Made by a program: the position numbers and the translations under genes | Shown: positions 35,952-49,803 of the stretch, in pieces | How positions within the stretch are numbered: position 1 is the stretch's first letter | Layout: each line of letters starts with the position of its first letter | Assembly: GCA_964016885.1 (NCBI GenBank) | Contig: OZ024741.1 | Location: forward strand, 60,698,001-60,762,000 | Reading direction: 5' to 3' | DNA: 64,000 bases | Source: Eledone cirrhosa | Taxonomy: Eukaryota | The notes under the pieces: generated by a model | Seen by the model: the letters and a program-made list of their open reading frames with translations, nothing else | What the model was told of the DNA's origin: nothing | The model's database searches: none

Positions 35952-36368
35952 TGTAGGAGATGAGTTTTATTGTAGTACAATAAAGCAATGCAGATATCGG
36001 ATAAGAAGCACTCTACAGTTTGTAGGACTGGAGTATACATAATATAAGATCAAAAGATGGTTAAAGGAGTTCCATGTATTTTATTATGCGCATTTCAAAA
36101 ACAAACATCATCATGCAATAATATTTGTGTTTTCATCAGATAAAACAGGAGAACATGATATGAAGGCTAAAAAACACTTGTGGATAGTGCAGTTGATTTA
36201 TATGTTGATTTAAAACTGCACTATCCACAAGTGTTTTTTAGCCTTCATATCATGTTCTCCTGTTTTATCTGATGAAAACACAAATATTATTGCATGATGA
36301 TGTTTGTTTTTGAAATGCGCATAATAAAATACATGGAACTCATTTAACCATCTTTTGATCTTATATTA
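35952..36368 (-). mobile_element. Family-C pLTR foldback with HHRs at 36078-36146 (-) and 36262-36330 (+)
   Basis: 36040-36194 is the reverse complement of 36214-36368; gttttat-CTGATGA-stem II-GAAA-tgcgca-TA|ataaaat. Confidence 0.85.
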
Positions 36369-36377
36369 TATATAAAT

Positions 36378-36439
<62 letters not shown>

Positions 36440-36440
36440 T

Positions 36441-36472
<32 letters not shown>

Positions 36473-36491
36473 TATATATATATATATATTT

Positions 36492-39400
36492 GTGATTTAT
36501 GTGTCGGCTAGTTTAACTGTATCCCTTCCCTCCTTAACCTCTCACATATACGATGATCATCTGTCCAAAAGCTGCCTACTATATTTTTTCACTTCCTCAA
36601 TGTATTTCTCTCTCTCATATCTCCTTGTCTCTCTATCTCGCTCTGTTGTTTTTCTTTACATACATCTCTTCATCTTCTTCTTTTTATTTACATACATCTC
36701 TTCATCTTCTTCTTCTCATCTTCGTTTTTCTTTCTATATAACTGTCATAACAGTTTCACTACCAAATCAACTTTTTAAATGGAAGTCGCATTATTATAAG
36801 GTATGTCAATAATTATTTATAAAACAGCTTATGTATTGTATTTTGTCTGAGGAAGGCATACCATATTTTTAATATGATATCCCAGAAATATATATAACGA
36901 AATAAATATGGTTTTATAAATATAAATATAGTTTCCATTTGTTTAATATCGTAAACCTACTCCAGAAACTGTTGAGTGCTTTTATATCAGTTATAAAATA
37001 TTTACTCGTTGTAATCCAACAATCTTAAATAAAACTTTTGCATATATTTTGCTCCAATACCGTTGAGCGCTTTATATTGTAACTGAAAAAATGGAATTCT
37101 TTAAGATCTCTTCTTCTCTAAAAGACATACCTCTACCTAGAAACAAGGACTTTATTAAACAACTAATAGATAAATCAGACTCCTTTATAAGGAGAATCAG
37201 GTGGCGTGCATTTCACTTTGATAAATCTAAATCTAATGTAAACGAAAATGTCTCAGACCTAGACAGAGTCTTCAAATCTAAAAAAAATTCACCCCCCAAC
37301 AAACTTTTGAATGATCTTGAAAACGATATAATTTCTATCATACAAGGAGTCAGATTCAAGAGAAACTTCAATGGCCAGGATTATCTGAAAAGCATTAAGG
37401 ATAACATTGCGAGCTTAGAGAGAACAGAGAAGATCTTGGTGAAATCGGACAAAACCAACAACCTCTATGGAGTGGAAAAAGACATGTATAATGGCCTCAT
37501 ACTGAAAGAACTAAGGAAAAAGTACAAGGTAGCAGATAAGGCTGAACTTGAGAAAATGAATGTTGAGGCATCTTGTATAATGCATGAGTTGGAAATTGAG
37601 AACAAAACACAACCTTTCGTGCCTAGGAAACCCAAGATCAATATGAAAGATCACAAGAGAAATTTTGAAAATGACTTGCCAGTCAGGTTGATTGCACCAT
37701 CAAAATCTGATCTGGGTAAACTTAGCAAGAACATTCTAGACAGAGTGATACAGCAAATTAAGGACTTGAATTGTTTACCTGGCTTGACCTTGTGGAAGGG
37801 AACTGGGGAGGTCATTGAGTGGTTTAATGAAATTAAATATAACAATAATAATAAATTTATTCAACTAGATATTGCTAACTACTATTCATCCATTACCCCT
37901 AATCTACTTAATAAGGCACTAAATTACGCATTCAAGCATACAGACCTAACTAGCAATGAAATGCACATTATATTATCGGCAAGGAAAACTTTGATAGAAT
38001 TTAATAACCAACTATGGACTAGGGCAGATAGAGATAATAATTTTGACATTACTATGGGATCATCAGACTCAGCTTAGGTAACGGACCTTGTGGGCCTATT
38101 TATAATTAATTCGCTGCATAGGAAAATACCCGGTGTTACCGGAGGTTTATATAGAGATGACATGATTTTACTTATTGAAAATAATAACTCTGAACTAAAT
38201 AAGAAAAGAAAACAAATTATACAATTTTTTAATTACCTTAATCTAAAAATAGAAATTGAGAATAACCATAGAATAGTCAATTTCCTAGACGTAACATTTA
38301 ATCTCAACACATGTCTTCACTATCCATTCCACAAGTTAAATGAAAACTTGAATTATGTCAATTTTAGTTCCAATCACCCCAGATCTGTCAAAAATACTAT
38401 AGTGAACTCTGTTCAAAAACGTATCTCTAGAATCTCTTCCAATAAAAATATTTTTGACGAAAAAGCCCAGTATTATAATGAAGCTTTAGCTAGAGCAGGA
38501 TATAGTGGTAAAATTATGTACATCGATAATAGACAAACTAACCAAAATAACAACAATTTTAATTACAGTAACAACTTTAACAACTATAATAGAAAACACT
38601 ACAATAATTTCAAAAACCAAAAAAGAAATAGAACTAGAAATATAATATGGTTTCCCCCCCCCCCCCCTTTCTCACTAAACATTAAAACCCACATCGCTAA
38701 ACTATTTTTTAATGCTCTTGACAAACGCTTCCCTAGAACACATAAGTATCACTCAATTTTCAATAGACATACTATAAAATTAACGTACTCGTCCACCAAA
38801 AATTTAGCACAAAATATTAATAGAATAAATAATAGGAATCTAAAACCTAGCCAAAATACCGAAAATAGCCTAAACAATATTCAAGTAAAAAACTAACTGT
38901 AGAGATAGATCTAAATGTCCGCTAAATAACAATTGCTTAGTTAAAAATATAATATACAACTGTAATGTTAGAACTGATTTAAATTCTTTTAATTATGTTG
39001 GTTCCACCTCGACAGAATTTAAACTTCGCTATAATAATCACAAAAATTCTTTCACGGATCCAAATAAAAAATCTTCAACATCGCTGTTAGGGTTACTCTG
39101 GCAACTTAAGCATGATAAAGTCGGATATTCGATGGTTTGGAATATAGTCTCAAAAGGGATTCCTTTTAATTCCTCTTCTGAGACATGTGACCTCTGCGCG
39201 GAGGAGATATTCTTTATACTAAAATCTAAAAATTCCCTTAATTTACGAACCAGTTTATTCAGCTGCTGCAGACATAGATTGAACTCAACTTTTAAATATA
39301 AATATAAATTTAAAATGTAGTATAAAATGTAGTATATTTACTTAAGATATTTAACTATTTATGAAACTTGGTGATAAATCTTTCGATTCCTTCAATTTTT

Positions 39401-40797
39401 TTTTTTTTTTTTCCTTTTAAACCTTTCTGCATGAATATATAATTAATGAGATTAAATAAACTACCCTAAAATTGGCGTTGATCCCAATCTTTTGAATACA
39501 TTTTTAAGCTGGATAAACTTCTATAATAAATATAAGAGCATTTGTAGAATAAGTTTTGAATGATTTCTGCTAAATAAGGCTTGGTGAACAATTTTGGTTT
39601 TGTTTGCTTTTGATTCTGATTTTATGTGACCGATATGCGTGGCATACTATGTTCTCTTGCGTCCCTAGATACTCTGTGGAGTGACGAAGATATTCTTGGC
39701 GTTTTTAATTTTTAATATTGATATCTGTTGTCTACTCTATGCTTGATCGATAATCATGCAAGTGAGGCTGGAATGTTATTTTAAATGTTAATGTATATCT
39801 TATATATTTTATATATTTTATGTCTATATATATGTATTTATGTATGTAAATGTATGTAGGGTGGAATCTTTTGTAACGCAATGAAGTTTTTCATGAAATA
39901 TAAGAATCTGTGCAGCATATCACGTAGGTTCACATGTGTGTCTATATTTATCAACTTGAATTTGAGATAACCTTCTCTTTTCTCTTTTTCTTTTTTCACG
40001 AGAATGCATATATACTTATATTTGAAGTTTTATCTCAGATTTTGCTTATAGACCTAAGAATTTTTAAACTGAGCATGTGGTCATTTTTTCACACATTATG
40101 GATATGTGTCTCATTCATGAATACTGATATTTACATTATAATACCTAATTCATAAAAATTGATAATTCAAATGGATGAGACATAATATATTTTTAATATA
40201 TTTTAAATATATCATCTTTCTTTCTTTTTCTCCTATACACTGGACGTGATTTATGTGTCGGCTAGTTTAACTGTATCCCTTCCCTCCTTAACCTCTCACA
40301 TATACGATGATCATCTGTCCAAAAGCTGCCTACTATATTTTTTCACTTCCTCAATGTATTTCTCTCTCCCATATCTCCTTGTCTCTCTATCTCGCTCTGT
40401 TGTTTTTCTTTACATACATCTCTTCATCTTCTTCTTTTTATTTACATACATCTCTTCATCTTCTTCTTCTCATCTTCGTTTTTCTTTCTATATAACTGTC
40501 ATAACAGTTTCACTACCAAATCAACTTTTTAAATGGAAGTCGCATTATTATAAGGTATGTCAATAATTATTTATGAAACAGCTTATGTATTGTATTTTGT
40601 CTGAGGAAGGCATACCATATTTTTAATATGATATCCCAGAAATATATATAACGAAATAAATATGGTTTTATAAATATAAATATAGTTTCCATTTGTTTAA
40701 TATCGTAAACCTACTCCAGAAACTGTTGAATGCTTTTATATCAGTTATAAAATATTTACTCGTTGTAACCCAACAATCTTAAATAAAACTTTTGCAT
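36492..40797 (+). mobile_element. Full-length family-A Penelope-like element with tandem direct pLTRs (36492-37043, 40246-40797)
   Basis: Two near-identical ~550-bp direct repeats, each with an HHR (36839-36904, 40593-40658), flank the ORF; TA-rich flanks. Confidence 0.93.
37091..39320 (+). pseudogene. PLE RT plus GIY-YIG ORF (Naiad-like) with one in-frame TAG and one frameshift
   Basis: KDIPLP..FIRRIRWRAFHF, KSDKTNNLY, KDHK..VRLIAPSKSDLG, FIQLDIANYYSSI, FDITMGSSDSA*VTDLVG (TAG 38075-38077), GLYRDDMIL, frameshift at ~38890 before NCRDRSKCPL, CDLC, CCRHR. Confidence 0.93.
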
Positions 40798-40869
40798 ATA
40801 AATATATATATATATATAAATATATATATATAATAATATATATAAATATATATATATATATATAAATAT

Positions 40870-42805
40870 AACGAAGGAAATGTGGTAAGGAACCAGGTGG
40901 ACCATAACGCACCAAAGTACTCAATACTTGAGGTAGTAGAGTGGGTAATAGGAACCAGTAAGACCCCGACAGCTGAGCTCAAGCCGTTTCGACGGCTAAT
41001 TCTGGACTAAATGAAAATTTATCCTGGTATTTAAATAGCCGATCTTCTCAAGGGGTAATTCCATATATGGTCAAAGTGATTGTCAAAAATCAGTAGTAAT
41101 TCTGTGGTTGCAAATTAGTAGGGGAGATGGTGGCTAAACCTGCCAGTAGGAGAAAGAGGGGAGGGGGTGGAGTAGCCCCAATCAAGCGTTTGTAGTGCCA
41201 GCTACAGCTGGGCATGAGGTCAAAGAAGATACAGGGGAGGGGGAGGGGGAGGAAGTCGGAACGGTAGGTAGAACAATGGGGGGTAGAAATATATAGGAAA
41301 GAAAAAATACTGAGAGTGGAGAAAAGCAAATAAGTGTAAAGAAAAACAAATGAGTGTAAAGAAAGAAGTAAAGTAAATTAAATTCTACGACCTAGGTCTC
41401 TAGCTATTGTTAGTCTAGAATAAATAAATAAATAAATAAAGAAAGAAAGAAGTAAAGAAAGAAATAAAGAAATAACGAAATAAGTAAAAGAACTAGGTGG
41501 GACGAAATAGGCGAGGACCCTTTTAAGAGGTATAAGTACGGAAATGATACGGTGACGGGTCAACAAAAGGGGCCAAAATACTAAAGAGACTACCACGAAA
41601 TAAACAATAAAGGTTTCCATCCCGGGCACAATTCCAGCAACCACCCAGTGCAGGAAAGTGAACTAATACGAGATAATAATTCTGAGTCCCGAGAAAAATA
41701 TATACTAATGCTGACTCTAAAAGATCTAAAACAAGCTACATGAAAGTTCGTACGAAGTAAAGGTAGAATACGGAAGAATAAATTCAGAATCCACCCCGCC
41801 CAAAAGAAAAGCGAAGAAGGAAATACTGAAACGAAAAAATAAGGCGTAAGTGCCACTAAGAAATATAGAGGGCACAGAGAATAGTGGGAGCGGTCGGAAA
41901 AAGGGGACAAGTATTTTTTCGTTTCAGTATTTCCTTCTTCGCTTTTCTTTTGGGCGGGGTGGATTCTGAATTTATTCTTCCGTATTCTACCTTTACTTCG
42001 TACGAACTTTCATGTAGCTTGTTTTAGATCTTTTAGAGTCAGCATTAGTATATATTTTTCTCGGGACTCAGAATTATTATCTCGTATTAGTTCACTTTCC
42101 TGCACTGGGTGGTTGCTGGAATTGTGCCCGGGATGGAAACCTTTATTGTTTATTTCGTGGTAGTCTCTTTAGTATTTTGGCCCCTTTTGTTGACCCGTCA
42201 CCGTATCATTTCCGTACTTATACCTCTTAAAAGGGTCCTCGCCTATTTCGTCCCACCTAGTTCTTTTACTTATTTCGTTATTTCTTTATTTCTTTCTTTA
42301 CTTCTTTCTTTCTTTATTTATTTATTTATTTATTCTAGACTAACAATAGCTAGAGACCTAGGTCGTAGAATTTAATTTACTTTACTTCTTTCTTTACACT
42401 CATTTGTTTTTCTTTACACTTATTTGCTTTTCTCCACTCTCAGTATTTTTTCTTTCCTATATATTTCTACCCCCCATTGTTCTACCTACCGTTCCGACTT
42501 CCTCCCCCTCCCCCTCCCCTGTATCTTCTTTGACCTCATGCCCAGCTGTAGCTGGCACTACAAACGCTTGATTGGGGCTACTCCACCCCTCCCCTCTTTC
42601 TCCTACTGGCAGGTTTAGCCACCATCTCCCCTACTAATTTGCAACCACAGAATTACTACTGATTTTTGACAATCACTTTGACCATATATGGAATTACCCC
42701 TTGAGAAGATCGGCTATTTAAATACCAGGATAAATTTTCATTTAGTCCAGAATTAGCCGTCGAAACGGCTTGAGCTCAGCTGTCGGGGTCTTACTGGTTC
42801 CTATA
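40870..42805 (-). mobile_element. ORF-less long foldback (~900-bp arms) with ~78-bp unpaired extension; probable PLE pLTR remnant (family F)
   Basis: 40948-~41840 is the reverse complement of ~41912-42804 (mirror ORFs in the track); a mini copy lies at 58833-58935. Confidence 0.8.
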
Positions 42806-42872
42806 TATAAATATATATATATATAATAATATATATAAATATATATATATATATATAAATATATATATATAT

Positions 42873-43280
42873 TGTTATACTTTGGGAGGGTCATGTTGCC
42901 AATAAGAAACACACGCACCAGTTGTTTTCACTTCAATTTATTATAATAAATGTATAATAAATTTATAAATTTATAAATTTCTGGTTGGTTGGTTGGTTCC
43001 ACAACCAGATAGTTGTTTATATATTGTCATAGTTCTTTCGTCACACACTCTGTGACCTCTTCAGTGACTGGGGATTCCTTTCTTTGTTTTTGTGCCTCTC
43101 CTTTGTTCTGTCCTACGCCATTTTGTTTCTGTGTGTGTGTTGTGTGCTCAGTCTGCGCATGCGCCACATCCGGGTGTCTGTGTGTGTTTATGTTTATTTA
43201 TTTATTTGTTTATTTACATGTTACTGGTTGGTTGTTTGTTCTATGTGTGTGTGTTTTCGTTTTGTCCTTAAATAAGGACA
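42873..43280 (-). mobile_element. Solo-LTR-like unit (TGT...ACA) with an HHR motif at 43026-43068
   Basis: Minus strand: gtca-CTGAAGA-g-gtcac..gtgac-GAAA-gaac-TA|tgac, then aataaa and a U5-like end ..gtataaca. Confidence 0.5.
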
Positions 43281-43368
43281 AAATTAAGGAACTCATTCCA
43301 AGTTTGGACATGGTTGTTCCACCGCTCTTTGAATGCATAATAGTCAAGCAGATGAACAAATGGACTAT

Positions 43369-44001
<633 letters not shown>

Positions 44002-44002
<1 letters not shown>

Positions 44003-44074
44003 TGATGGCTGCCCCCTCGTTATCGAGTATGGCCATTGCACAATAAAAATAAAAAAATAAATAAAAAATAAAAA

Positions 44075-44126
<52 letters not shown>

Positions 44127-44205
44127 GCAATAATAATAATAACGACAACAACAATAATAATATACACATTCATATATATATACACACACACGCACGCACA
44201 TAAGC

Positions 44206-44245
<40 letters not shown>

Positions 44246-47200
44246 GATAGCAACTAACAGTGCTGCGATCGAATGTGGCTTTTTAGCCCAGCCAATGATC
44301 CAAAATGTCTTGCACAGAGTCGGCAACCAAAACATTTACTGGGAATAGTCGGCTGTGGTTGGAGTTCGTGTACTATTGCATGTCGCTTGAGTCCTCCTGC
44401 TGATTTACATTCTCTACCACATGTTTGGCAAGCATGATGAGTAGCATCTCCAACAGCAGCCTGGTAGTCAACCACTGGTCTTACTTTATGACTGCGAAGA
44501 TGACTTTCGAGTCCAGCTTTGCTTAGGCAGAGTCTCGCACAGACGCTGCATGTCAGAAACATAGGAGGACCCTCGCCGTCTGGAAGTGCAACAGCAATAC
44601 CCTTCCTCACGTCCCGCTTTACTTTCTCGTGTGCGATTCGAGATGCCTCAAAGGCAACTTTTCCCTCATATACAGTCTTTCTCCATTTATTACGATCAGC
44701 AGCAATATTTTCCCATGTATCAGCAGAGATGTTAGCGTCTTTCAGAGAGGCCTTCAAGGAATCCTTATACCTCTTTTTTGGTTTATGTGGCGGTCGTTTT
44801 CCTTTAACCAACTCTCCATAGAAGAGTTGTTTTGGTATTCTAGAATCCTTCATCCTGGCAAGGTGACCACTCCAACGGAGTCGCTGCTTAAGCACAAGAG
44901 CTTCTATACTGTCACACATAGAGCTTTCCAAAATCTCGACATCACTGATGTGGTCCCTCCAGCGAACGCCATGTATCCGTCTGAGACACATCTGATGGAA
45001 ACGCTCCAATTGCTTAAGGTGGCGTCGATATGTGACCCAGGTCTCGCAGGCATAAAGAAGACAAGAGAGTACACATGCCCTGTACACCTTTACCTTTGTC
45101 CTCCTGCATATGTCTCGCCGACCCCAGAGTCGCCTTTCTAGCTTTCCGAAAGCATCACTTGCTTTCCTAATCCTAAGTGAGATTTCACTGTCAAGGTTGC
45201 CGTATCGATTGACAGTGCTTCCCAGGTAGACAAACTGATCAACCACTCCAAGTCGTTTGCCATACACATAGATGTTTGGTTCAGTGTACTGCCTACCAGG
45301 TGCAGGTTGGTACATGACGACGGTTTTCTTGAGACTGACAGTCAAACCCAGGGCAGTGCAAGCGTCAGAAAATACATTCAAAATGTGCTGCATATCACTC
45401 TCTGTGTGCGCTACAAGATCGCAATCATCTGCATACAAGAGGTCTCTTATGACTGATGTAAATACTTTTGTCTTCGCAGCAAAGCGCCTGATGTTAAATA
45501 TGCTGCCTGAGGTTCGATATCGGATGTAAACACCATGCTCGCAATTCCTGAATGCAATACAGAAAACCATTGCAAAGTATATGGCAAACAGGGTCGGTGC
45601 TGGAATATCCCCCTGTTTCACTCCATTTTTTACTGAGATAGGCTCCGACATGTTACCTCCGACATTAACCCAAGCCTTCATGTCGTCATGGAAAGACCTA
45701 ACTAAAGCAAGGAACTTATCAGGGCAACCAAGTTTCTGGAGAACCTTCCATAATGCATCTCTGTTGACAGTATCGAAAGCCTTTGTCAGATCGACAAAAA
45801 CCTGATACAGATCCAAGCCCTGTTCAATGCACTTCTCCTGGAGCTGTCTAGCTGAGAAGATCATATCAGTAGTGCCGCGTCCAACACGAAAACCAGATTG
45901 ACTTTCAGGAAGGACACAATCTGCAATGTGTGTCAGCAGACGGTCCAGAAGCACCCTACATAAAACTTTCCCCACGACAGAAAGCAATGATATACCTCTG
46001 TAGTTCCCACAATCATTCCTGTTACCCTTTCCCTTGTACAAGACCACCATTACTGCATCTCTCCAGTCCTCAGGCACGGATTCATTAGCCCATATCCTTC
46101 CAAACAGAGAGTGAAGATGTTGCAGGAGTCTCTCACCACCATATTGTAGGAGCTCAGCATGTATGCCATCCATACCTGGAGATCTTCCACTGTTCAGCTT
46201 CGAAATAGCCACTGCAACCTCCACAAGTGTCGGAGGCTCTGCGAGAGCTACTTTCACAGGACTTTCCGGAATGAGATTGAGGAAATCTTCACTGACGACA
46301 GACGGCTGATTCAAAAGATCATCAAAGTGCTCCCGCCACCTTCGTAGAATTCCCTGTGAGTCACGAAGAAGTTCTTTGCCATCCTTGCTGCGAATCGGTG
46401 TCACCAGAGAAGAAGACGGTCCATAAACCTCACGCAAGAGACTGTACAACAGCTTTGTGTTATTGCAATCAGACGCAGTTTGTATCTCACCAGCCTTCTC
46501 ACTCCACCACTGATCCTTCATCTGAGAAAGACTCCGCCTAACACGTGATTTTACATCCCTGAGCTCCTCATGCAACGTATTCCTCTCCTGTGGTCTTGCC
46601 GTCAAGTAGCGTGACAGAGCGCGCCTCTTATCAGCCAACAAGTCATCTATATGCACATCTTTCTCATTAAACCAGTCCTGATGTTTTCTCTGCACCAATC
46701 CCAGAACACGTCTGCCTACATCATAAACCGACTTTTTAAGGGTCGGCCAATCCTCACCAAGATCTGCAGCCTGCATCTCTTCTTCCAATGTCCTCTTCAC
46801 ATTTTTATCCTTAAGACGAGCAGCATTCAATCTTTTGGGCAGGGTAACACCAGGAGCCCGGATTTTACGTTTGGTGATTAGATTCACTTTTGCGCGTACC
46901 AGGCGGTGGTCCGTCCAGCACTCAGCTCCACGAAGAACACGAACACACCGCACATCCTGTCTGTCACGCATCCTGACTAGGACGTAGTCCAAAAGATGCC
47001 ATTCCTTAGATGCAGGATGCATCCATGTGGTCTTGAATTTGTTCTTTTGTTGGAACATGGTGTTGGTAACACACAGATCCAGCTCCTCACACATCTGCAG
47101 CAAGAGCATACCATTGCTGTTACACTTTCCCACCCCATGCCTTCCGATTACATTCCATGTGTTAAAATCCCTACCCACTCTAGCATTAAAGTCACCAAGC

Positions 47201-47866
47201 ACGATGACTTTGTCTGCCTGAGGGATATTTCTTAAAACACCTTTCAAGGCATGGTAAAAGGACAGTTTTTCTTCATCGACAGAATTCATAGTTGGAGCAT
47301 ACACACTCACCAGGGTAGCATATCTTCCCCTGTCCAGCGGAACTCTCATGGACATAAGACGCTCACTAATCCCCACTGGGAATTCTTCCAATTTATTCAC
47401 CAGTACAGTCTTAACAGCAAATCCTACCCCAGCCTCTCTTCTGGTTCCTTCATCTCTTCCTTTCCAGAAGAATGTATATTCTCCACAAAATTCCGTAAGA
47501 TGACCATCTCCAGCTAACCTCGTCTCAGACAAAGCCACGATGTCAAGATCGTAACGTCGAAGCTCCTTCGCAACAAGAGCGGTCCTTCGTTCAGGACGCT
47601 CCAAAGAATCCCTGTCAAGCAGCGTCCGTACGTTCCAGCAGCCAAGACTAAATGCCCTGTTTGGCTCTATTACAATGGCACGATGACGGGCGGGCCCAGG
47701 TTGTGATAACTTGGGGCCCCTGCCCTTATTGCCAATGATCCCTTTTGTTCCAGAACCCAAATTGGCAATTATCTCGTTTACATTGTTCTGGAACATCATT
47801 GAATTGGAAAAAAAAAAAAAAAAAAAAAAAGGGAGAAAAAAAAAAAAAAAAAAAAAAGTAATAATA

Positions 47867-47907
<41 letters not shown>

Positions 47908-48208
47908 ACACTATTAATAATTATTAATGCACTCGTGCAATGCCTGTGCGTGACGAATATTTTTAAAGTGAGGAAAGACTGTGCACTGAACCAATCCCAC
48001 TCTCTGAGCGACAGTAGCTATAACCCGAAAAGAAGAAAAGATCAACATCATCGGTAACTACTGAGCCGCAGGTTTTATATCGGAGTTAACCCAGTTTCCT
48101 GAGATGCCTTCTCCTAGAAGAATACCCTGACATGGGCTAGGGGTTCTTCACTCCCAGTGGTTTAACTGCGCGATCGGGCATCCAGCCCGATTATTTCTAT
48201 GTCCCCGC

Positions 48209-48210
<2 letters not shown>
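44002..48210 (-). mobile_element. RTE-clade (BovB-like) LINE, apparently complete; 5' boundary uncertain
   Basis: Intact ORF; 5' UTR similar to 60110-60280; 3' tail ggccatactcgataacgagggggcagccatcat runs into (TA)n. Confidence 0.9.
44254..47799 (-). CDS. RTE LINE ORF: APE endonuclease, reverse transcriptase and three C-terminal C2H2 zinc fingers (1181 aa)
   Basis: [31 protein letters not shown] (APE); [38 protein letters not shown] (RT); CSVC..HLRSH, CQTC..HAIVH, CRLC..HIRSQH. Confidence 0.97.
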   Translation of the reverse strand: MMFQNNVNEIIANLGSGTKGIIGNKGRGPKLSQPGPARHRAIVIEPNRAFSLGCWNVRTLLDRDSLERPERRTALVAKELRRYDLDIVALSETRLAGDGHLTEFCGEYTFFWKGRDEGTRREAGVGFAVKTVLVNKLEEFPVGISERLMSMRVPLDRGRYATLVSVYAPTMNSVDEEKLSFYHALKGVLRNIPQADKVIVLGDFNARVGRDFNTWNVIGRHGVGKCNSNGMLLLQMCEELDLCVTNTMFQQKNKFKTTWMHPASKEWHLLDYVLVRMRDRQDVRCVRVLRGAECWTDHRLVRAKVNLITKRKIRAPGVTLPKRLNAARLKDKNVKRTLEEEMQAADLGEDWPTLKKSVYDVGRRVLGLVQRKHQDWFNEKDVHIDDLLADKRRALSRYLTARPQERNTLHEELRDVKSRVRRSLSQMKDQWWSEKAGEIQTASDCNNTKLLYSLLREVYGPSSSLVTPIRSKDGKELLRDSQGILRRWREHFDDLLNQPSVVSEDFLNLIPESPVKVALAEPPTLVEVAVAISKLNSGRSPGMDGIHAELLQYGGERLLQHLHSLFGRIWANESVPEDWRDAVMVVLYKGKGNRNDCGNYRGISLLSVVGKVLCRVLLDRLLTHIADCVLPESQSGFRVGRGTTDMIFSARQLQEKCIEQGLDLYQVFVDLTKAFDTVNRDALWKVLQKLGCPDKFLALVRSFHDDMKAWVNVGGNMSEPISVKNGVKQGDIPAPTLFAIYFAMVFCIAFRNCEHGVYIRYRTSGSIFNIRRFAAKTKVFTSVIRDLLYADDCDLVAHTESDMQHILNVFSDACTALGLTVSLKKTVVMYQPAPGRQYTEPNIYVYGKRLGVVDQFVYLGSTVNRYGNLDSEISLRIRKASDAFGKLERRLWGRRDICRRTKVKVYRACVLSCLLYACETWVTYRRHLKQLERFHQMCLRRIHGVRWRDHISDVEILESSMCDSIEALVLKQRLRWSGHLARMKDSRIPKQLFYGELVKGKRPPHKPKKRYKDSLKASLKDANISADTWENIAADRNKWRKTVYEGKVAFEASRIAHEKVKRDVRKGIAVALPDGEGPPMFLTCSVCARLCLSKAGLESHLRSHKVRPVVDYQAAVGDATHHACQTCGRECKSAGGLKRHAIVHELQPQPTIPSKCFGCRLCARHFGSLAGLKSHIRSQHC

Positions 48211-48243
<33 letters not shown>

Positions 48244-49402
48244 ACTTATTGACACTTATACGTACGACATACACACACACGCATACATATGCGTGCACAC
48301 AGCAACACTCACACACACAACAAACACACACACACGCTACTCTACTCACTTACACGCACACACACACATATATATATATATATTACCGTCATTACTGATA
48401 CAAGATTACCAGATTATGTCAACTGTTGACTTTCAAGAGTTTGTATAGTTGAAGCCGATCGTATTACAGTCCAGTATTACTATAATTGCTTTACAGCATA
48501 GAGTTATGGCTCTCCACGGAGTCAACAAAAGAGAGTACCAGTGATGCGCTGGCCAGTCGCTGGATCCGTGCCAAAAGCAGAAAAATTATTATTAAAGTTG
48601 TTCTTAAGGCCAGGTCGCTGGTGATGGTGATGGCGACGGCGGTGGCGGTGGTGGTGGTGGTGGCAGTTGATGTTGTTGTTCTGTTGTGTGTGTGTGTGTG
48701 TGTGTGTGTTTTGTTATTTTGAGTTTTTTTTTTTTTTTTCCTTTCTTTTTTTTCTCCTTTTTTTTTTTTTTCCCCTTCCCTTTTCTTTTTTCTTTTCCCT
48801 TCCTTTTTTTATGTTTTGATGCCGCTGTTGTTGTTGTTGTTGTAATTGTTGTAAATGTTCATTTCAGTTCATTCTGAAGCTGTTGTTGCTGTAAACATTA
48901 GGGCCGGTGTTGTTGTTGTTGTAGATGTTGGGGTTGAAATCTGGTTGTTTGACTGAGTGATGTATATACACACATATACATACACACACATATATATATA
49001 TACATTCATCAGAGAGTAGAGAGTTTGACAACAGGTCGATGACTTTAGTCTCGATAGGGTATGGTATGGTAATGACATGTGATGGTGGGGAGAGAGTGTA
49101 GACGTTATTGTGGTGGTGTGGACAGTGAGATGTATCTAGTTCATTTGACCGTTTTCTTCTCTTAGCAAAATTTGAATTCTAGCCATGTTATATTGAGATG
49201 TAAGTAAATGTAAAATATAAATAAGGATTGCTCTGCTAAAATATACTAAAATATTTGTGTAACTTCCACAAACTTCTGTCGTGACATTCCCGAGTCCAGT
49301 AACCAACAAATTGTTGTATTTTGATGTTTCAGAATACAAAAATTAATTAAAAACTTACCCCACGAAGAGACAGCGTGTGTTGTCCTATCTATAAGCTCCC
49401 TC

Positions 49403-49803
<401 letters not shown>

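Noticed and set aside
44519-47517. Plus-strand ORFs overlapping the RTE
   Set aside because: Antisense shadows of the LINE ORF.
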